DNA of 63,747 nucleotides, counting the filler, from Thraustochytrium aureum (taxonomy: Eukaryota), in the NCBI GenBank assembly GCA_012862495.1. It is 6 parts of 5 records of this genome, joined end to end, with 100 filler letters (N's around TTAATTAATTAA, not from the genome) between each part and the next. Parts side by side here need not be neighbours in the genome. Positions count along the whole stretch, not along the records: positions 24,001 to 41,250 come from BLSG01000244.1; positions 41,351 to 55,366 come from BLSG01000245.1; 4 more parts are not named here. The stretch is one strand, 5' to 3'. Of this stretch, positions 37,901 to 49,610 are shown piece after piece. A program made the position numbers and the translations under genes. The notes below the pieces were generated by a model, which saw only the letters and a list, made by a program, of their open reading frames with translations, was not told the origin of the DNA and did no database searches. The number at the start of each line of letters is the position of its first letter. Within the stretch, counting starts at the first letter, position 1.

Positions 37901-38429
37901 TATGATTGAGTTGATCAAGGCGCTGCAGCCCGGCAAGACGCTCGAGGCCTTCAAGGACTCGTCCAATTCGCTTGGGATCAACGGGTACTTCTTCTCCGAG
38001 CCGAGCCCGCCCGCCAAGGCCAAGGACGAGTACGACCCGATTGAGATGAGCGAGGTCAAGTGCCTCCCCCCGGGCTTTTCCAAGTGGGACAAGACCATCA
38101 TCAAGGAGGGGCCGCTTACGGTGGGCGGCTTTTTGGAGGCCTTCAAGCGCAAGACGGGGCTCAATTGCGTCACGCTGTACCACGCCAGCGCCGAGCGAGA
38201 GGGCGCCAAGGGCCTCTCGCAGTTCATCTACGAGAAGACAGCCTGGAAGAAGGAGATGAAGCAGATGTACCAGGACCGCCTCTCGCAGTCGCTTGAGGAC
38301 GTCACGGACCAGGTGTACGGAGAGGACGCGCTTCCCCCCGGCAAGACCTACGTGGCCTACATGGTGTCTGCTGAGGACGACGACGAGAACCCGTACAAGG
38401 TCCCGGCCACCATTTACCACTTCAAGTGA
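34998..38429 (+). CDS. UBA1: Ubiquitin-activating enzyme E1 (frameshifts near 35977 and 37590)
   Basis: LYSRQL..GIEVAKNLVLAG, VGCGALGCE, SNLSRQFLFR, catalytic PMCTLRNFP, FEKDADWNFHIDFI and IIPAIATTTA. Confidence 0.93.
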
Positions 38430-38725
38430 TGAGAACATACCAAAAGCTTCTAAAAATCCAAACCGCATTCACACTTGCTGCGAGCGAGCGAGCGAGTGAG
38501 CGACTCGCCCGACGACTCCCACCTGGCGAAGACTATCAGGTCCGCAACAACATTGGCCAAACAATGACCGAGCCGAAGGTGCCGCGCGCGCGCGGAGGCC
38601 GAGCGGTGGCAGCACATGCGCCCATCAACTCGGCTCGAGATTTTGCCTCGACATTTTTGTGCCGCAAACAGACACAGACCCACAGCGCCTCGAGGCACTC
38701 CAAACGCGACAGCGCGACAGCGAAA

Positions 38726-38726
38726 G

Positions 38727-38758
<32 letters not shown>

Positions 38759-38795
38759 CATTGGGCGGGCGGGCGGGCAAGCAGGCAGGCAGGCA
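38726..38795. repeat. (GCAG)n microsatellite upstream of the M28 peptidase
   Basis: gcaggcaggcaggcagg.. seen directly. Confidence 0.9.
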
Positions 38796-38878
38796 TTGGA
38801 CGGCGGGGATCCGGCACGGACGGCTTGAAGCGAACGGAGCGTCGAGAGAGGCCCAGCTCGCGTCCCAAACGCAGCAAA

Positions 38879-40996
38879 ATGGGTCGGTTTACGAGTGCGC
38901 TCGCTGTTGTGGCTGGCGTGGCGTCTGTGGCTCATGCGTGCGTGTCGCACGGAGGGTTCCAGTTTGAGGTCCCGTGCAGTGCGCAGTACGGCGCCAAAGG
39001 CAGTCTCGGGGCCCAAGCGCTGACCAAGGAACAGCGAGTCGTGCTCGAGACGCCCTCTAACGTGACCGCCAAGGCAAACCTGCGCCACTATGCCTCCACA
39101 GCGCACATGGCCGGCACGCAAGGAGACCTGGACATGGCGCGCTTCACGCAGGCGAAAATGATCGAGTTCGGACTGGTCGACTCGGTGATCCACGAACAGC
39201 CAGCCTTTCTCAACTACCCCGTGTCGCGAAGCCTGGAGCTCGTCGACACCGATTCGGGGCAAACTCTGTACCGCGCCGCGCTCATTGAAAGCGAGCTCGA
39301 AATGGACCCTACCTCCAACACAGAGTGGCGAAACATGTCCTTCCTCGCATACGGTCCCAGCGGCTTGGCGGAGGCGGAACTGGTGTTCGCCAACTACGGC
39401 CGGCCCGAGGATTTCGCCACCCTGGAAGCTGCGGGCGTTGATGTGGCTGGCAAGCTGGTGATCGTGCGGTACGGCGAGTGCTTCCGCGGCCTCAAAGCCA
39501 TGAACGCGCAGCACCGCGGCGCCGTTGGGGTCGTCATCTACTCAGATCCGGCCGACGACGGATACACGGTCGGCCCCGTCTATCCTAGCGGCCCCTGGCG
39601 GCCCAGTGACTCGATCCAGCGGGGCAGCGCGCAGTTCAACTCGCTCTGCGCCGGCGACCCAGCCCGACCCAACGTCGAGGAGCTCTGCGGGTACTCCACC
39701 AAGCAACTCATCCCGCAGATCCCTGTGCTCCCGATCTCGTACGGCGACGCGGTCCCGCTCTTCAAAGCGCTCAAAGGTCGCGCCGCGCCCGCTGCCTGGG
39801 TCGGCGGCCTCGCCGACCAGCTCGAGTACCGCCTCGGACCGTCCCACTCCAAGGTGCGCCTCGAGGTCAACAACACCTTTACGACCACCCCGATTTGGAA
39901 CGTGATCACGACCGTGAAAGGCGAGCTTGACACCCCGGTTGTCCTCTCCAACCACCGCGATGCCTGGGTGTTTGGCTCTGCCGACCCAAACTCGGGCAGC
40001 GCCGTCATGCTCGAGGTGGCCCGCAGCATTGGCAAGCTGGTAAAGTCTGGGTGGAAGCCCAAGCGGACGATCATCTTTGGATCGTGGAGCGGCGAGGAGT
40101 ATGGCCTTCTCGGAAGCACGGGGTGGGCCGAGGAGTTTGCCGAAACCAAGCTCAAGAAAGCCGTCGCTCTGCTCAACACGGACGTTGGCGTCAGTGGGAC
40201 CGCCTTCAACGCCCAGGCGAGCCCCTCGCTTGCGCGTACCATTGGCCGAGCCCTGAGCCTCGTCGCCGACCCCGTGACGGGCCAGCCGCTCTCGCAGGTC
40301 TGGTCGCGCAAGGTCGGCACACTGGGAAGTGGGTCGGACTACACGGTCTTCCTCGACCACTTGGGCATCCCCTCGATGGACATCTCGTTCAGCCCCAGCA
40401 ACGGCAAGGCCTACGGCGTATACCACAGCATCTACGACTCGTACACGTGGATTGAGACGCAAGTGGATCCGTTTTACGAGCTGCACACTGCGCTGGCCAA
40501 GGTGCTGGGCCTCTTGGTGCTCGACTTTGCCGACGCGCCGCTCGTGCCGATCAGCCCGAGCGACCTTGGCGAGGCCCTTTCCAAGTACGTTGGCGCGCTC
40601 CCGCCTGCGGCCGCGTCCCTCGACCTCGGCGCGCTTGGCGCGGCAGTGGCTGCCTTTCAACAAGCGGCCTCCGCCTTCGCAGAGCGCTTGCCGGGCATGG
40701 ACCTCGCCTGCGCCAACGAGGTGCTGGGCTCGCTTGAGCGAGCATTCCTTGACCCTGCGGGCTTGCCGCGCCGCAAGTGGTTCAAGCACATTCTGCAGAG
40801 CCCAGGGTTCTTCCTGGGCTACGCCGCCGAGGTGCTTCCAGGCATCCAGCAGGCCTTGTCGGACAAGGACTTGAAGCTTGCGCAGAATGTGACGGACCGA
40901 GTTGCCCGCATCATTGGCTCTGCAGGCAGCAAGCTCGCTCACGCGCTGTGCCAACGAAACGCGGCAGCGATTGCGCACATCGAAGAGCTGCAGTAA
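38879..40996 (+). CDS. Glutamate carboxypeptidase II-like M28B peptidase (PA and TfR dimerisation domains)
   Basis: Signal peptide, HMAGT, NYGRPEDF, NHRDAWVFGSADPNSG, SWSGEEYGLLGST, LGSGSDYTVF and YHSIYDS. Confidence 0.93.
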   Translation: MGRFTSALAVVAGVASVAHACVSHGGFQFEVPCSAQYGAKGSLGAQALTKEQRVVLETPSNVTAKANLRHYASTAHMAGTQGDLDMARFTQAKMIEFGLVDSVIHEQPAFLNYPVSRSLELVDTDSGQTLYRAALIESELEMDPTSNTEWRNMSFLAYGPSGLAEAELVFANYGRPEDFATLEAAGVDVAGKLVIVRYGECFRGLKAMNAQHRGAVGVVIYSDPADDGYTVGPVYPSGPWRPSDSIQRGSAQFNSLCAGDPARPNVEELCGYSTKQLIPQIPVLPISYGDAVPLFKALKGRAAPAAWVGGLADQLEYRLGPSHSKVRLEVNNTFTTTPIWNVITTVKGELDTPVVLSNHRDAWVFGSADPNSGSAVMLEVARSIGKLVKSGWKPKRTIIFGSWSGEEYGLLGSTGWAEEFAETKLKKAVALLNTDVGVSGTAFNAQASPSLARTIGRALSLVADPVTGQPLSQVWSRKVGTLGSGSDYTVFLDHLGIPSMDISFSPSNGKAYGVYHSIYDSYTWIETQVDPFYELHTALAKVLGLLVLDFADAPLVPISPSDLGEALSKYVGALPPAAASLDLGALGAAVAAFQQAASAFAERLPGMDLACANEVLGSLERAFLDPAGLPRRKWFKHILQSPGFFLGYAAEVLPGIQQALSDKDLKLAQNVTDRVARIIGSAGSKLAHALCQRNAAAIAHIEELQ

Positions 40997-41250
40997 ACGA
41001 ACTACGCGAAAGCTGCGCGGCCAGTCGAATTGGGCCAGCGAGCGACCCACAGTCGGGGTCCATCTGTCATAAGGCTGGCGAAAGGCTTGCCAGCGCGAGG
41101 GCGCGGCGGTCCCACTTCCTGTCGATGTTTCCCTACGCGGTTCGACCTTTTCTCAACCGTTGCTGGCGAGAGCGCGAGGTGTCCCTTGGCCAACGCAAGG
41201 CAGCTCGCTTAAATTTTGATCAAGAGAAAAAGATCAATCAAACGAGAGTA

Positions 41251-41350
41251 NNNNNNNNNNNNNNNNNNNNNNNNNNNNNNNNNNNNNNNNNNNNTTAATT
41301 AATTAANNNNNNNNNNNNNNNNNNNNNNNNNNNNNNNNNNNNNNNNNNNN
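41251..41350. other. Artificial scaffold-joining spacer
   Basis: N44-TTAATTAATTAA-N44. Confidence 0.95.
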
Positions 41351-41559
41351 GTTGTGAAGCGGTCGAAGCCTTCAGTCGCGGCGTTAATCAACGAGTCGCT
41401 GGTGGTCCTGCTGCTGCAGCACTGTGTTAGAACTGCACTTGAGTGTCGCTGCGTTCTCGTCGCTACTGCAGCTCTGCTTTTTTGAAGCACACGTGCGCCG
41501 GCGCTGGAGTGTCGCTGCTGCGGCTGGGCTGCGTTGGAGTCGAGCTGTGCTTGCACGGG

Positions 41560-43652
41560 ATGTCGCTTACGAATGATGTGTTCCAGGGGTTGGCGCGCGG
41601 CCTGAGTTTCAAGGGGGCTGCGAACGGGACTGCGCGAGGGTTTCTGAAGCCCAGCGGCAGCGCCAATGCCTCGGCGCAAAAGCGCAAGGAGCAAGGCAGC
41701 GCTGGACTTGCCGCGCCAGACTTCTTCGGAACGGCGACCAGCGCGCCGGACGCGGCTGTGGTGCCAGCCAAGGCGGCGAGCAAGAAACGGCAGCGGCTCG
41801 AGGGGCTGCCGGCGCCGCAGCCCAAGTCGAGCGGGTCAAACGGGCTCACGGCCCAGAGCGACGACGTGGACGGCGCAGAGGCCGCCGGCGTGGTGGCGGC
41901 TAGCGACGTCGGCGCATTCAGGAGCAGCCTGCGGATCAAAGTAAAGGGCGCCGACGTGGCGGCGCCCCTTGCGACGTTCAGCAAAGCAGGGCTCCTCGCG
42001 AGCTGCGGGCCGCCCTCCGCGCAGCGCGAGCACGTGGTCGAGCTCCTCCTCCGAAACGTGGAGGCAAGCCGGTACACGGAGCCGACCCCAATCCAAATGC
42101 ANNNNNNNNNNNNNNNNNNNNNNNNNNNNNNNNNNNNNNNNNNNNNNNNNNNNNNNNNNNNNNNNNNNNNNNNNNNNNNNNNNNNNNNNNNNNNNNNNNN
42201 NNNNNNNNNNNNNNNNNNNNNNNNNNNNNNNNNNNNNNNNNNNNNNNNNNNNNNNNNNNNNNNNNNNNNNNNNNNNNNNNNNNNNNNNNNNNNNNNNNNN
42301 NNNNNNNNNNNNNNNNNNNNNNNNNNNNNNNNNNNNNNNNNNNNNNNNNNNNNNNNNNNNNNNNNNNNNNNNNNNNNNNNNNNNNNNNNNNNNNNNNNNN
42401 NNNNNNNNNNNNNNNNNNNNNNNNNNNNNNNNNNNNNNNNNNNNNNNNNNNNNNNNNNNNNNNNNNNNNNNNNNNNNNNNNNNNNNNNNNNNNNNNNNNN
42501 NNNNNNNNNNNNNNNNNNNNNNNNNNNNNNNNNNNNNNNNNNNNNNNNNNNNNNNNNNNNNNNNNNNNNNNNNNNNNNNNNNNNNNNNNNNNNNNNNNNN
42601 NNNNNNNNNNNAATTCGACAAGCTGAGCGCCGGCAAGCACTTTCGCGCGTGCGTGCTCAAGAAGGCAACGGCCGGCAACGTGGCCGCGAGCTGCGCCGGC
42701 AAGGACGGCTCGCTCGGGTTCGACCTTGTGGTCGCCACCCCGCTGCGCCTGGTCCAGCTGATCCAGTCCAAGCAGGTCGACCTGAGCAGCGTCGAGTTGC
42801 TCGTCCTCGACGAGGCGGACCGCTTGTTCGAGCTTGGGTTCCTTGAGCAGATCGACGAGGTACTTGCTGCTTGCGGGGAGCGCACCCAGCGAGCGATGTT
42901 TAGCGCAACGATGCCGCCCCAGATCGAGGATCTAGCGCAGACGGTGCTGCGCCAGCCGGTGCACGTGACTGTGGGCGTCAGAAACGCCGGCGCGGAGACG
43001 ATCGACCAAAAAGCTCGTTTTCGTTGGCCAAGAGCAAGGCAAGCTGCTTGCGGTGCGGCAGATGCTCCAGGGCGGCGAGCTCACCCCTCCTGCGCTCGTG
43101 TTTGTGCAGAGCAAGGAGCGGGCGCAGGAGCTGTACCAAGAACTCGCGTACGACGGGCTGCGCGTGGATGCCATGCACGCGGAGCGCACGCAAGCGCAGC
43201 GCGACGAGCTGGTCACGAAGTTTCGTCGCGGCCAGGTGTGGGTGCTGATTTGCACCGACCTGATGGGGCGCGGGATCGACTTTAAAGGCGTAAACTGCGT
43301 CGTCAACTACGACTTCCCGACGAGCGCGGTGAGCTACGTGCACCGCATCGGTCGCACGGGGCGGGCCAACCGCCGGGGCAAGGCCGTCAGTTTCTTCACT
43401 TTGGATGATGTGGACCACCTCCGATCGATCGCCAACGTCGTCCGCCTCAGCGGCTGCGACGTGCCCGAGTGGATGCTTCGCTTGAAAAAGCCCCGGGCCT
43501 CGGAGCGCCGCAAGCTCGAGCACACGCCGACCCAGCGCGCCCCGATCAGCACAGTGACCACCTACGACCACGACAGGCGGGCGCGCAAGCGCAACATAAT
43601 CAAGCAGTCCAAGGCGAAGCGCGCCAAGCCGGAAGCGGCGTCAAGCGACTAG
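41560..43652 (+). CDS. DDX52: DEAD-box RNA helicase DDX52/Rok1 (gap, frameshift near 43010)
   Basis: [68 protein letters not shown] and SGCDVPEWM. Confidence 0.92.
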
Positions 43653-43755
43653 TTGACACCTACGACCACGGCAGGCGGGCGCGCGAGCGCAACGGAATCA
43701 AGCAGTCCCAGGCAAAGCGCGCCGAGCCGGAAGCGGCGTCAAGCGACTAGTTGAC
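43560..43755 (+). repeat. 98-bp tandem duplication of the DDX52 3' end including the stop codon
   Basis: Copies at 43560-43657 and 43658-43755, with about 7 substitutions. Confidence 0.9.
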
Positions 43756-43846
43756 CGGGTGCTTTTTTGCGTGCTAAGAAAGATAATAGTTCCAGCTAAC
43801 CTCTTGATCAAGGGGCTGTGACGGAGAGTGCAGAGCGAGGGCCTCG

Positions 43847-44658
43847 CTATTGTTGCGCCGCGCCGTGGCGCGAGCCGCTAACCGCATCTGCGCTGAGCAA
43901 ATAGAGCAGAGCCGCGAGGAGGCCCAGAACGACCGCGCGCGCCGCCCACTGCAAGACCCAGGCAAGCCACGCGGCGCCGGCTTTCACAACCGAGCCAGTG
44001 CCAGCGGCAAAGCGGGCGAAGAGTGGGCTACGCGCGGCGGCCGCAGAGCTGCTCTCGCATTCTGAAGGGACGCTCTGGGCGGCCGATGGTGCGGATTTGT
44101 CGACTTGCCGCCGCCTGGCCCCCTCTTCCTGGAGGGCTCGCTTGCGGCGCACAAACTCTTGTTGCAGCTTGGCCGAGTCGACATTCTTCTCAAACATCGG
44201 CTTTTGCTCCTCCGTTTCTGACGAGCCTTGGCGCTCGCGCTGCTTTTGCTTGGACCGTTGAGCGCGCCTTTTCGAGGCCTTCTTCCCGCGCTCCTCCTGC
44301 GCCTCGGCCAGCAGCTTTTCTTCGAGCGCCTGCTGCTCCGCGAGCTTGCGCAGCCGCCGCTCGTGGGGAGTCTCTTTCCGAGGCTTCAGGGCGGCCTCGG
44401 CAGCCCTCTTCTTCTCGCCTCGGCGCGTCGCCCCTTCTCTAGCAGCATGGCAGCTTCTTTGACGGCCTTGTTGCCCTTCTTCTTCGGCGCGACCGTGCAC
44501 CAGCCATCCGCGCCGTCCGCCGCATCCGCGTGGCCGCCACGCCCGTTTTCCGCGCCGACAGCGCCATTGCGAGTTGACGACAAGGGCGTGGGATGGCTGA
44601 CGCCCGAGCCCCACGTGCCGTCAAGGTCGCGCCAGCCGCCGTCGTCTACGGCCGCCAT
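43847..44658 (-). CDS. Hypothetical coiled-coil protein with C-terminal TM (probable frameshift near 44420)
   Basis: The frame MAAVDDGGW..KKKGNKAVKEAAMLLEK joins a Lys/Glu-rich frame that ends in hydrophobic WAARAVVLGLLAALLYLL. Confidence 0.55.
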
Positions 44659-45219
44659 TCCGAACGAACGCCTCCAGCTAGAGTGCCAACCACTGCCGCT
44701 GCCACCGCCACCGCTGCTGCTGCTGAGGACGATGATGGTGATGATGGTGTTCTGTTTCAACTTTCGAGCAAGCGTTTTTTTAATCTTGTGCGTCAACGCC
44801 GAGTTGCCCGTCGCGATGGTGGCTCGCGGCGCCAATGCCAATGCCACACGGATGGATGGCATTGGCCCTTGAGCCGTGGCGGCAAGCTTCGCCTCGACCG
44901 GTTTGACATGCTCCTGCCCCCGCTGTTGTTGTTGATGATGATGGTGCTGATGATGCTGAGATGTTCTGCCCGTGGTTGTGGAGGTTTGTGCAAGTGGGAT
45001 GATTCTGGCGGCGGTTGGAGGCTTGCTTGTGCTGGCCTCTGCGAATGCAGGGAACTGGAAGCGGGGAGGCCTACGCAAGAGCAGTGAGCACATGGTTTCG
45101 GTTGACGCCTGGCATCGCAGCTTGCGCGATAAAATTCACCGCCGAAAGTGGTCGACTACGTCGAGTCTTCAAGCCGCTCGCACTTTGTAAAGGAAAGTGA
45201 GGAATGTGCGTTGGTTGTC

Positions 45220-47097
45220 TCACGAGTTGTTGTCTGCAATTTTGCTGGGAACTCGCACATCTGGCGCCGACTTGGCAACATCTCGAGCAGTGGCCGATGT
45301 GCCGTCACCGACGTCGTTGTTCCCAGCTCCTTCCCGTTTTGCGAGTTGCGATATGGGCCCGTCTCCGGCCCGCGGACCATTGAAACTCGCCTCCATTAAA
45401 TTCGCGCTTGCAAAGGTCAGGGCCTCCATGTTTTCGTCCAACGCGAGCTGAAGTACAGTTACAGACTTTTCCGTGTTCTTGCGGCGGAAAAGGCCTGATT
45501 TGGTCTCGCGGGTGGATGCCGATGGCGCCGGCGCAATCCTTGACTTGCTTCCGCCGAGTCCACGGGAGGAGGTGCTTTGGATCTCGGCGTCTGCCGCAGA
45601 CGATGCCTGCGTGATCGCCGACTGCGTCAGGTTTGACGTTCTGTTTGGGTTGAGTTTGCCCATCATTTTTTGCATTGCGTGCGTGTGCTTTAGTCGCTTG
45701 AAGATATCGACGCCATGCTCCATGACGTCGTTTCCAACCATTTCGTGGATGGCGTTGACGCGAATCGGTATCCCCAGCGCCTTCTCGACGAAGATCAAGT
45801 AGAGCCAGGTCCAAAACATCGACCAGGCCATGATGATGCACGTGCCGAAAAGCTGCACGCCGAGCAGCCGAGCTCCGTTTCCTGCAAACAAGCCTGGCTC
45901 CACTTTCACACCAATGCATGTGTTCTGAACAGCAAAGAGGCCTGGCGCAAGCGAGCCCCAGGTTCCCTGTTGCATGCGTCGACGGGTACTCACCTAAGGG
46001 TTAGCGGCACCACGTCGACCATCAAGGCAATTGCGCACAAGCTCAAGACTCACCGCAACTAAATGCACTGGAAGGACGCCGACTGGATCGTCGATGTTGA
46101 GCCGGGCCAGAAGCCGGGAGGTGCGAATCGCTAGCAAGCCCCCGACAGAGCCTATGATGGCAGCGCCAGCGGCGCTAATGACGTGCGCGGAGCCAGTCAC
46201 GGAAACTAGCCCACCGAGACAGGCAGCGGCGATGTCTGCGGGCGCAAGAATGTGCCGTTTCGATGTGAGCCCCGCAGCAATCGAGCCGGCGGCCCCCCCA
46301 AAGGAACCGCCCAGTATCGTCGTGAACGCTACGTGACCGGCAACGAGATGCCCTGACCCCGAAACTGCGAGAGATGATCCGCTGTTGAATCCAATCCACC
46401 CGAAAAACAGCAAGAGGGTTCCGAAGAGCACGTGGACCGCCTCGCCTTGGAAGACCTTGTGCGAAAGGTCGAGCTGGGCGCGCACGCACTCGAGCTCTTC
46501 AGGTACCTTGCCATCAAGCACGCCCATTCGTGGACCAAGCCGCAGTGCGCAAACGAGGGCGGATGCCCCGCCGAGAACGTGTACAACAGAGACCCCCGCA
46601 AGGTCGACAAATCCCATTTTGTACAAGAACCCGTCCGAGCTCCACACCCAGTGCGAGGCGATTGGGTACGTCCAGGCCGAGAGGTAAAACGAGAGTCCGC
46701 AGTAAACGAGTAGCTTCATTCGCTCCGCGCAGGCCCCAGAGTCGATCGTGGAAGCTGTCGCCGTGAACGAGAGCTGGAAAAAGAACATTGTGTAGTCGAG
46801 GCCGTCGTCAGGGAAAAAGTCTGAGGTTCCCATGAAGCCGCCCAACGTTTTGCCTCGCGCGAATCCCCAACCAAACATCCAGTAGGCAATGGCACCGAGG
46901 ATGAGATCAAACACGTTCTTGACCAAGATGTTGACACTATTGTTGACGCGAACCGACCCGCTCTCAAGGAGAGCAAAGCCGCCTTGCATCGTCAAGACCA
47001 CAATCGCGCACGACACGAGCCACGAGGTATCCCCTGGCTCACGCACTTCGCATGACCGCCCAGCGATTAAAACTCCGTTGTGAAGTGTGTCCGCCAT
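45220..47097 (-). CDS. AMT: Ammonium transporter copy A (intron 45967-46053)
   Basis: MQGGFALLESG, FFQLSF, GACAER, HWVW, DLAG..VH, GWIGFNSGS, DDPVGVLPVH and EMVGNDVMEHG. Phase-0 GT-AG intron. Confidence 0.93.
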
Positions 47098-47792
47098 GGC
47101 AAAGAGCGCGCGTTGATTGTGCGTCCAACGGTGGGCCCCTGCCGATCAGGCGGTGGCGCTGGTCGCGACAAACTTGCCAAGCGTCCGGTGGAGGCCGCGT
47201 TCGTGGCGTAGGCGAGCGCGTCAACTTTGCCGTCAACTCGGAATGGGTGACTGGCCGGCCGGCACTTGACGTAGTCCAACTCCAAAGGCACTCTGAGGCA
47301 GTCACAGGAGTGGAAGGGTCGTGAGGTCTCCGTTCGCATCCTGCTGTACTACGAAGGCGAGCTGCTGAGCAAGTCCGTTGGCACAGGCTGCATAACAGCG
47401 CCAGCCGCCCATCGGACCTTGGAAAGCACGGTTGCGCCTCAAGTAGCACGAGTGATCGATAAACTAATCTTCACACCGACACGCCGACGAAGCTCAGCAG
47501 CTCCGCCTTTGGAAAACGAGCCAGCCGCCCATTCAGCCTGCAGATCCTACTGAGCAGTAGTATTCTGCCTCAGTATGTTCTGTACCGAGCGGATCGCCCA
47601 AGTGGACTGGCCCGCCTCCGGGCCTGCTCTGTTTGTCCTGGGGCAGCTCCTTGGCATTCCCCAACGGATAGCTCCACAATTAGACCTCACCAGTAACTGT
47701 GGCGATGCTGTCCGTTGGATGGGTAAGGTACGCTAGCTAGGATGAGATGAGTTTGGCCCGAACCTTTGGGCCGAACCTGAGGATACAGAGTT

Positions 47793-49610
47793 TTATTCGC
47801 TCGTTAACTGGTTCGGTATGGCTGGGATCTCGCCGCCGCGGCTCGCAGTTTCGTCTTCGCGAACACTGGCTGAGGCCTCGGTGGCGGCTGGATTGGCGAC
47901 CTGAAATGCACTTGCAGGCCCAGCCTCGGCGCGGCGCTTAAAGCTCTGGTCATCAGCCTCGACCAGGTTGGCGCTGGCGAAGGTGAGAGCTTCCATGTTG
48001 TCGTCTTGCGCGAGCTTGAGCACTGTGTGGGATGAGCCTCCTTGGCTTCGCATAAAGCTTTTCTTGGGCCTCAGCGTGGGCGCTGGTCCGCCTCCCGCCT
48101 GGCTCGTCGGCGCCACGCTACTGAAGACTTTGCTTCCGACGCCAGAGTTGTGCGAAGACGCGGCCGACACAACATTCTGGGTGAGTTGGGAGCTTCGGTT
48201 CGGGTTGAGTTTGCCCATCATTTTTTGCATGGCGTGGGTGTGCTTGAGGCGCTTGAAGATGTCGACGCCGTGCTCCATGACGTCGTTCCCGACCATTTCG
48301 TGGATTGGATCGACCCGAATCGAGATCCCGATAACCCGCTCTACAAAGAGAAGGAAGATGCCCGTCCAGGTGGAGCTCCAGAGCGTGACGAGTACGAAAC
48401 CGAGGAGCTGGACGCCAAGCGGCTTGATCGGCCCGCCGTAGAATAAGCCGGGATTCGGAATGTCAACTCCAACGCAGGGTTTCTCCGTTGCAAATAGCGC
48501 AGGGACAAGCGTGCCCCAGAAGCCCTGCAATAGCGAGTCATGCGAGTTAGGGAGCTGCGAGACCGAGTTCGCAGGCAATCAACTTACTGCAACCAGGTGG
48601 ACCGGAAGGACCCCAACGGGGTCGTCGATATTCACCTTGGTGAGGAGACGGGAAGCAGCAACAGCGATGGCTCCACCGAAACCTCCGCCGATTGCGGCGC
48701 CTGTTGCTGAGATGACGTGTGCCCCGCCGGTCACACTAACAAGCCCAGCAAGCATGGCGGAAGCGATGTCCGCAGGCACAAACAGGTTTCGCTTCGTCGT
48801 CAGCGCCCCCACCAATGCACCAGCGATAGTGCCAAAGCACCCGCCCAAAATCGTGTTGAATGCGACGTGGCCTGCGATAAGGTGACCACGGCCCGAGACG
48901 GCGAGTGAGGAACCAGAGTTGAAGCCAACCCAGCCAAAAAACAGCAGCAATGAGCCAAACAGGATGTGCACGGCTTCGCCCTGGAAGACTTTGTGGGAAA
49001 GGCTGAGCTGTTCACGGACGCACTCAAGCTGCGCTGGAATCTCTCGGTTCAGCACACCCATTCTTGGTCCGAGAGATAAAGCGCAAACGAGAGCCGAAGC
49101 ACCACCAAGACAATGGACAGCGGTTACCCCCGCGAGGTCGATGAAGCCCATATTTTGCAAAAAGCCATCCGGGGACCAAATCCAATGAGTCACGACAGGA
49201 TAGGTCCATGCAGAAAGGAAAAATGATAGCCCGCAGTAAACGAGCAACTTCATTCGCTCCGCGCACGCGCCGGAATCGATAGTCGAGGCAGTCGCGGCGA
49301 ACGAGAGCTGGAAAACGAAACCAGAGTAATCCAGTCCATCGTCTGGCGCAAATCCACTCGTCCCTATGAACCCCCCCGCGCTTTCACCGTACGCGAATCC
49401 CCATCCGAACAGCCAGTACGCTGCGCCACCAAGGGCAAGGTCGAAAACGTTTTTAACCAGAATGTTGACGCTGTTGTTGACCCTCACAGACCCGCTCTCC
49501 AACATCGCAAAGCCACCCTGCATTGTCAGTACGAGCGTGGCACAGGAGAGAAGCCACGCGGTGTCGCCGGGTTCGCGCACCTCGCAGATCGGTTCGGTCT
49601 CCGCAGACAT
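47793..49610 (-). CDS. AMT: Ammonium transporter copy B (intron 48525-48587)
   Basis: Same motifs as copy A, with the intron at the identical position (PVHLVA|G). Confidence 0.93.

Noticed and set aside
18510..38429. RECQL4, FANCI and E1 as a DNA-repair gene cluster
   Set aside because: A spacer at 23901-24000 separates RECQL4 from FANCI, so that adjacency is artificial. FANCI and E1 are separated by unrelated genes.
39542..41050. Long antisense ORFs (also 12657-14141, 35962-37014, 61969-63165)
   Set aside because: Shadow frames caused by high GC3 on the opposite coding strand; no recognisable motifs.
34998..43652. Programmed ribosomal frameshifting or pseudogenisation of E1 and DDX52
   Set aside because: Shifts are in both directions at homopolymers, with no common slippery motif and no in-frame stops or decay.
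47548..47575. Hairpin TACTGAG..CTCAGTA between the AMT genes
   Set aside because: A 7+3 bp stem is within chance expectation, and there are no other ncRNA hallmarks.
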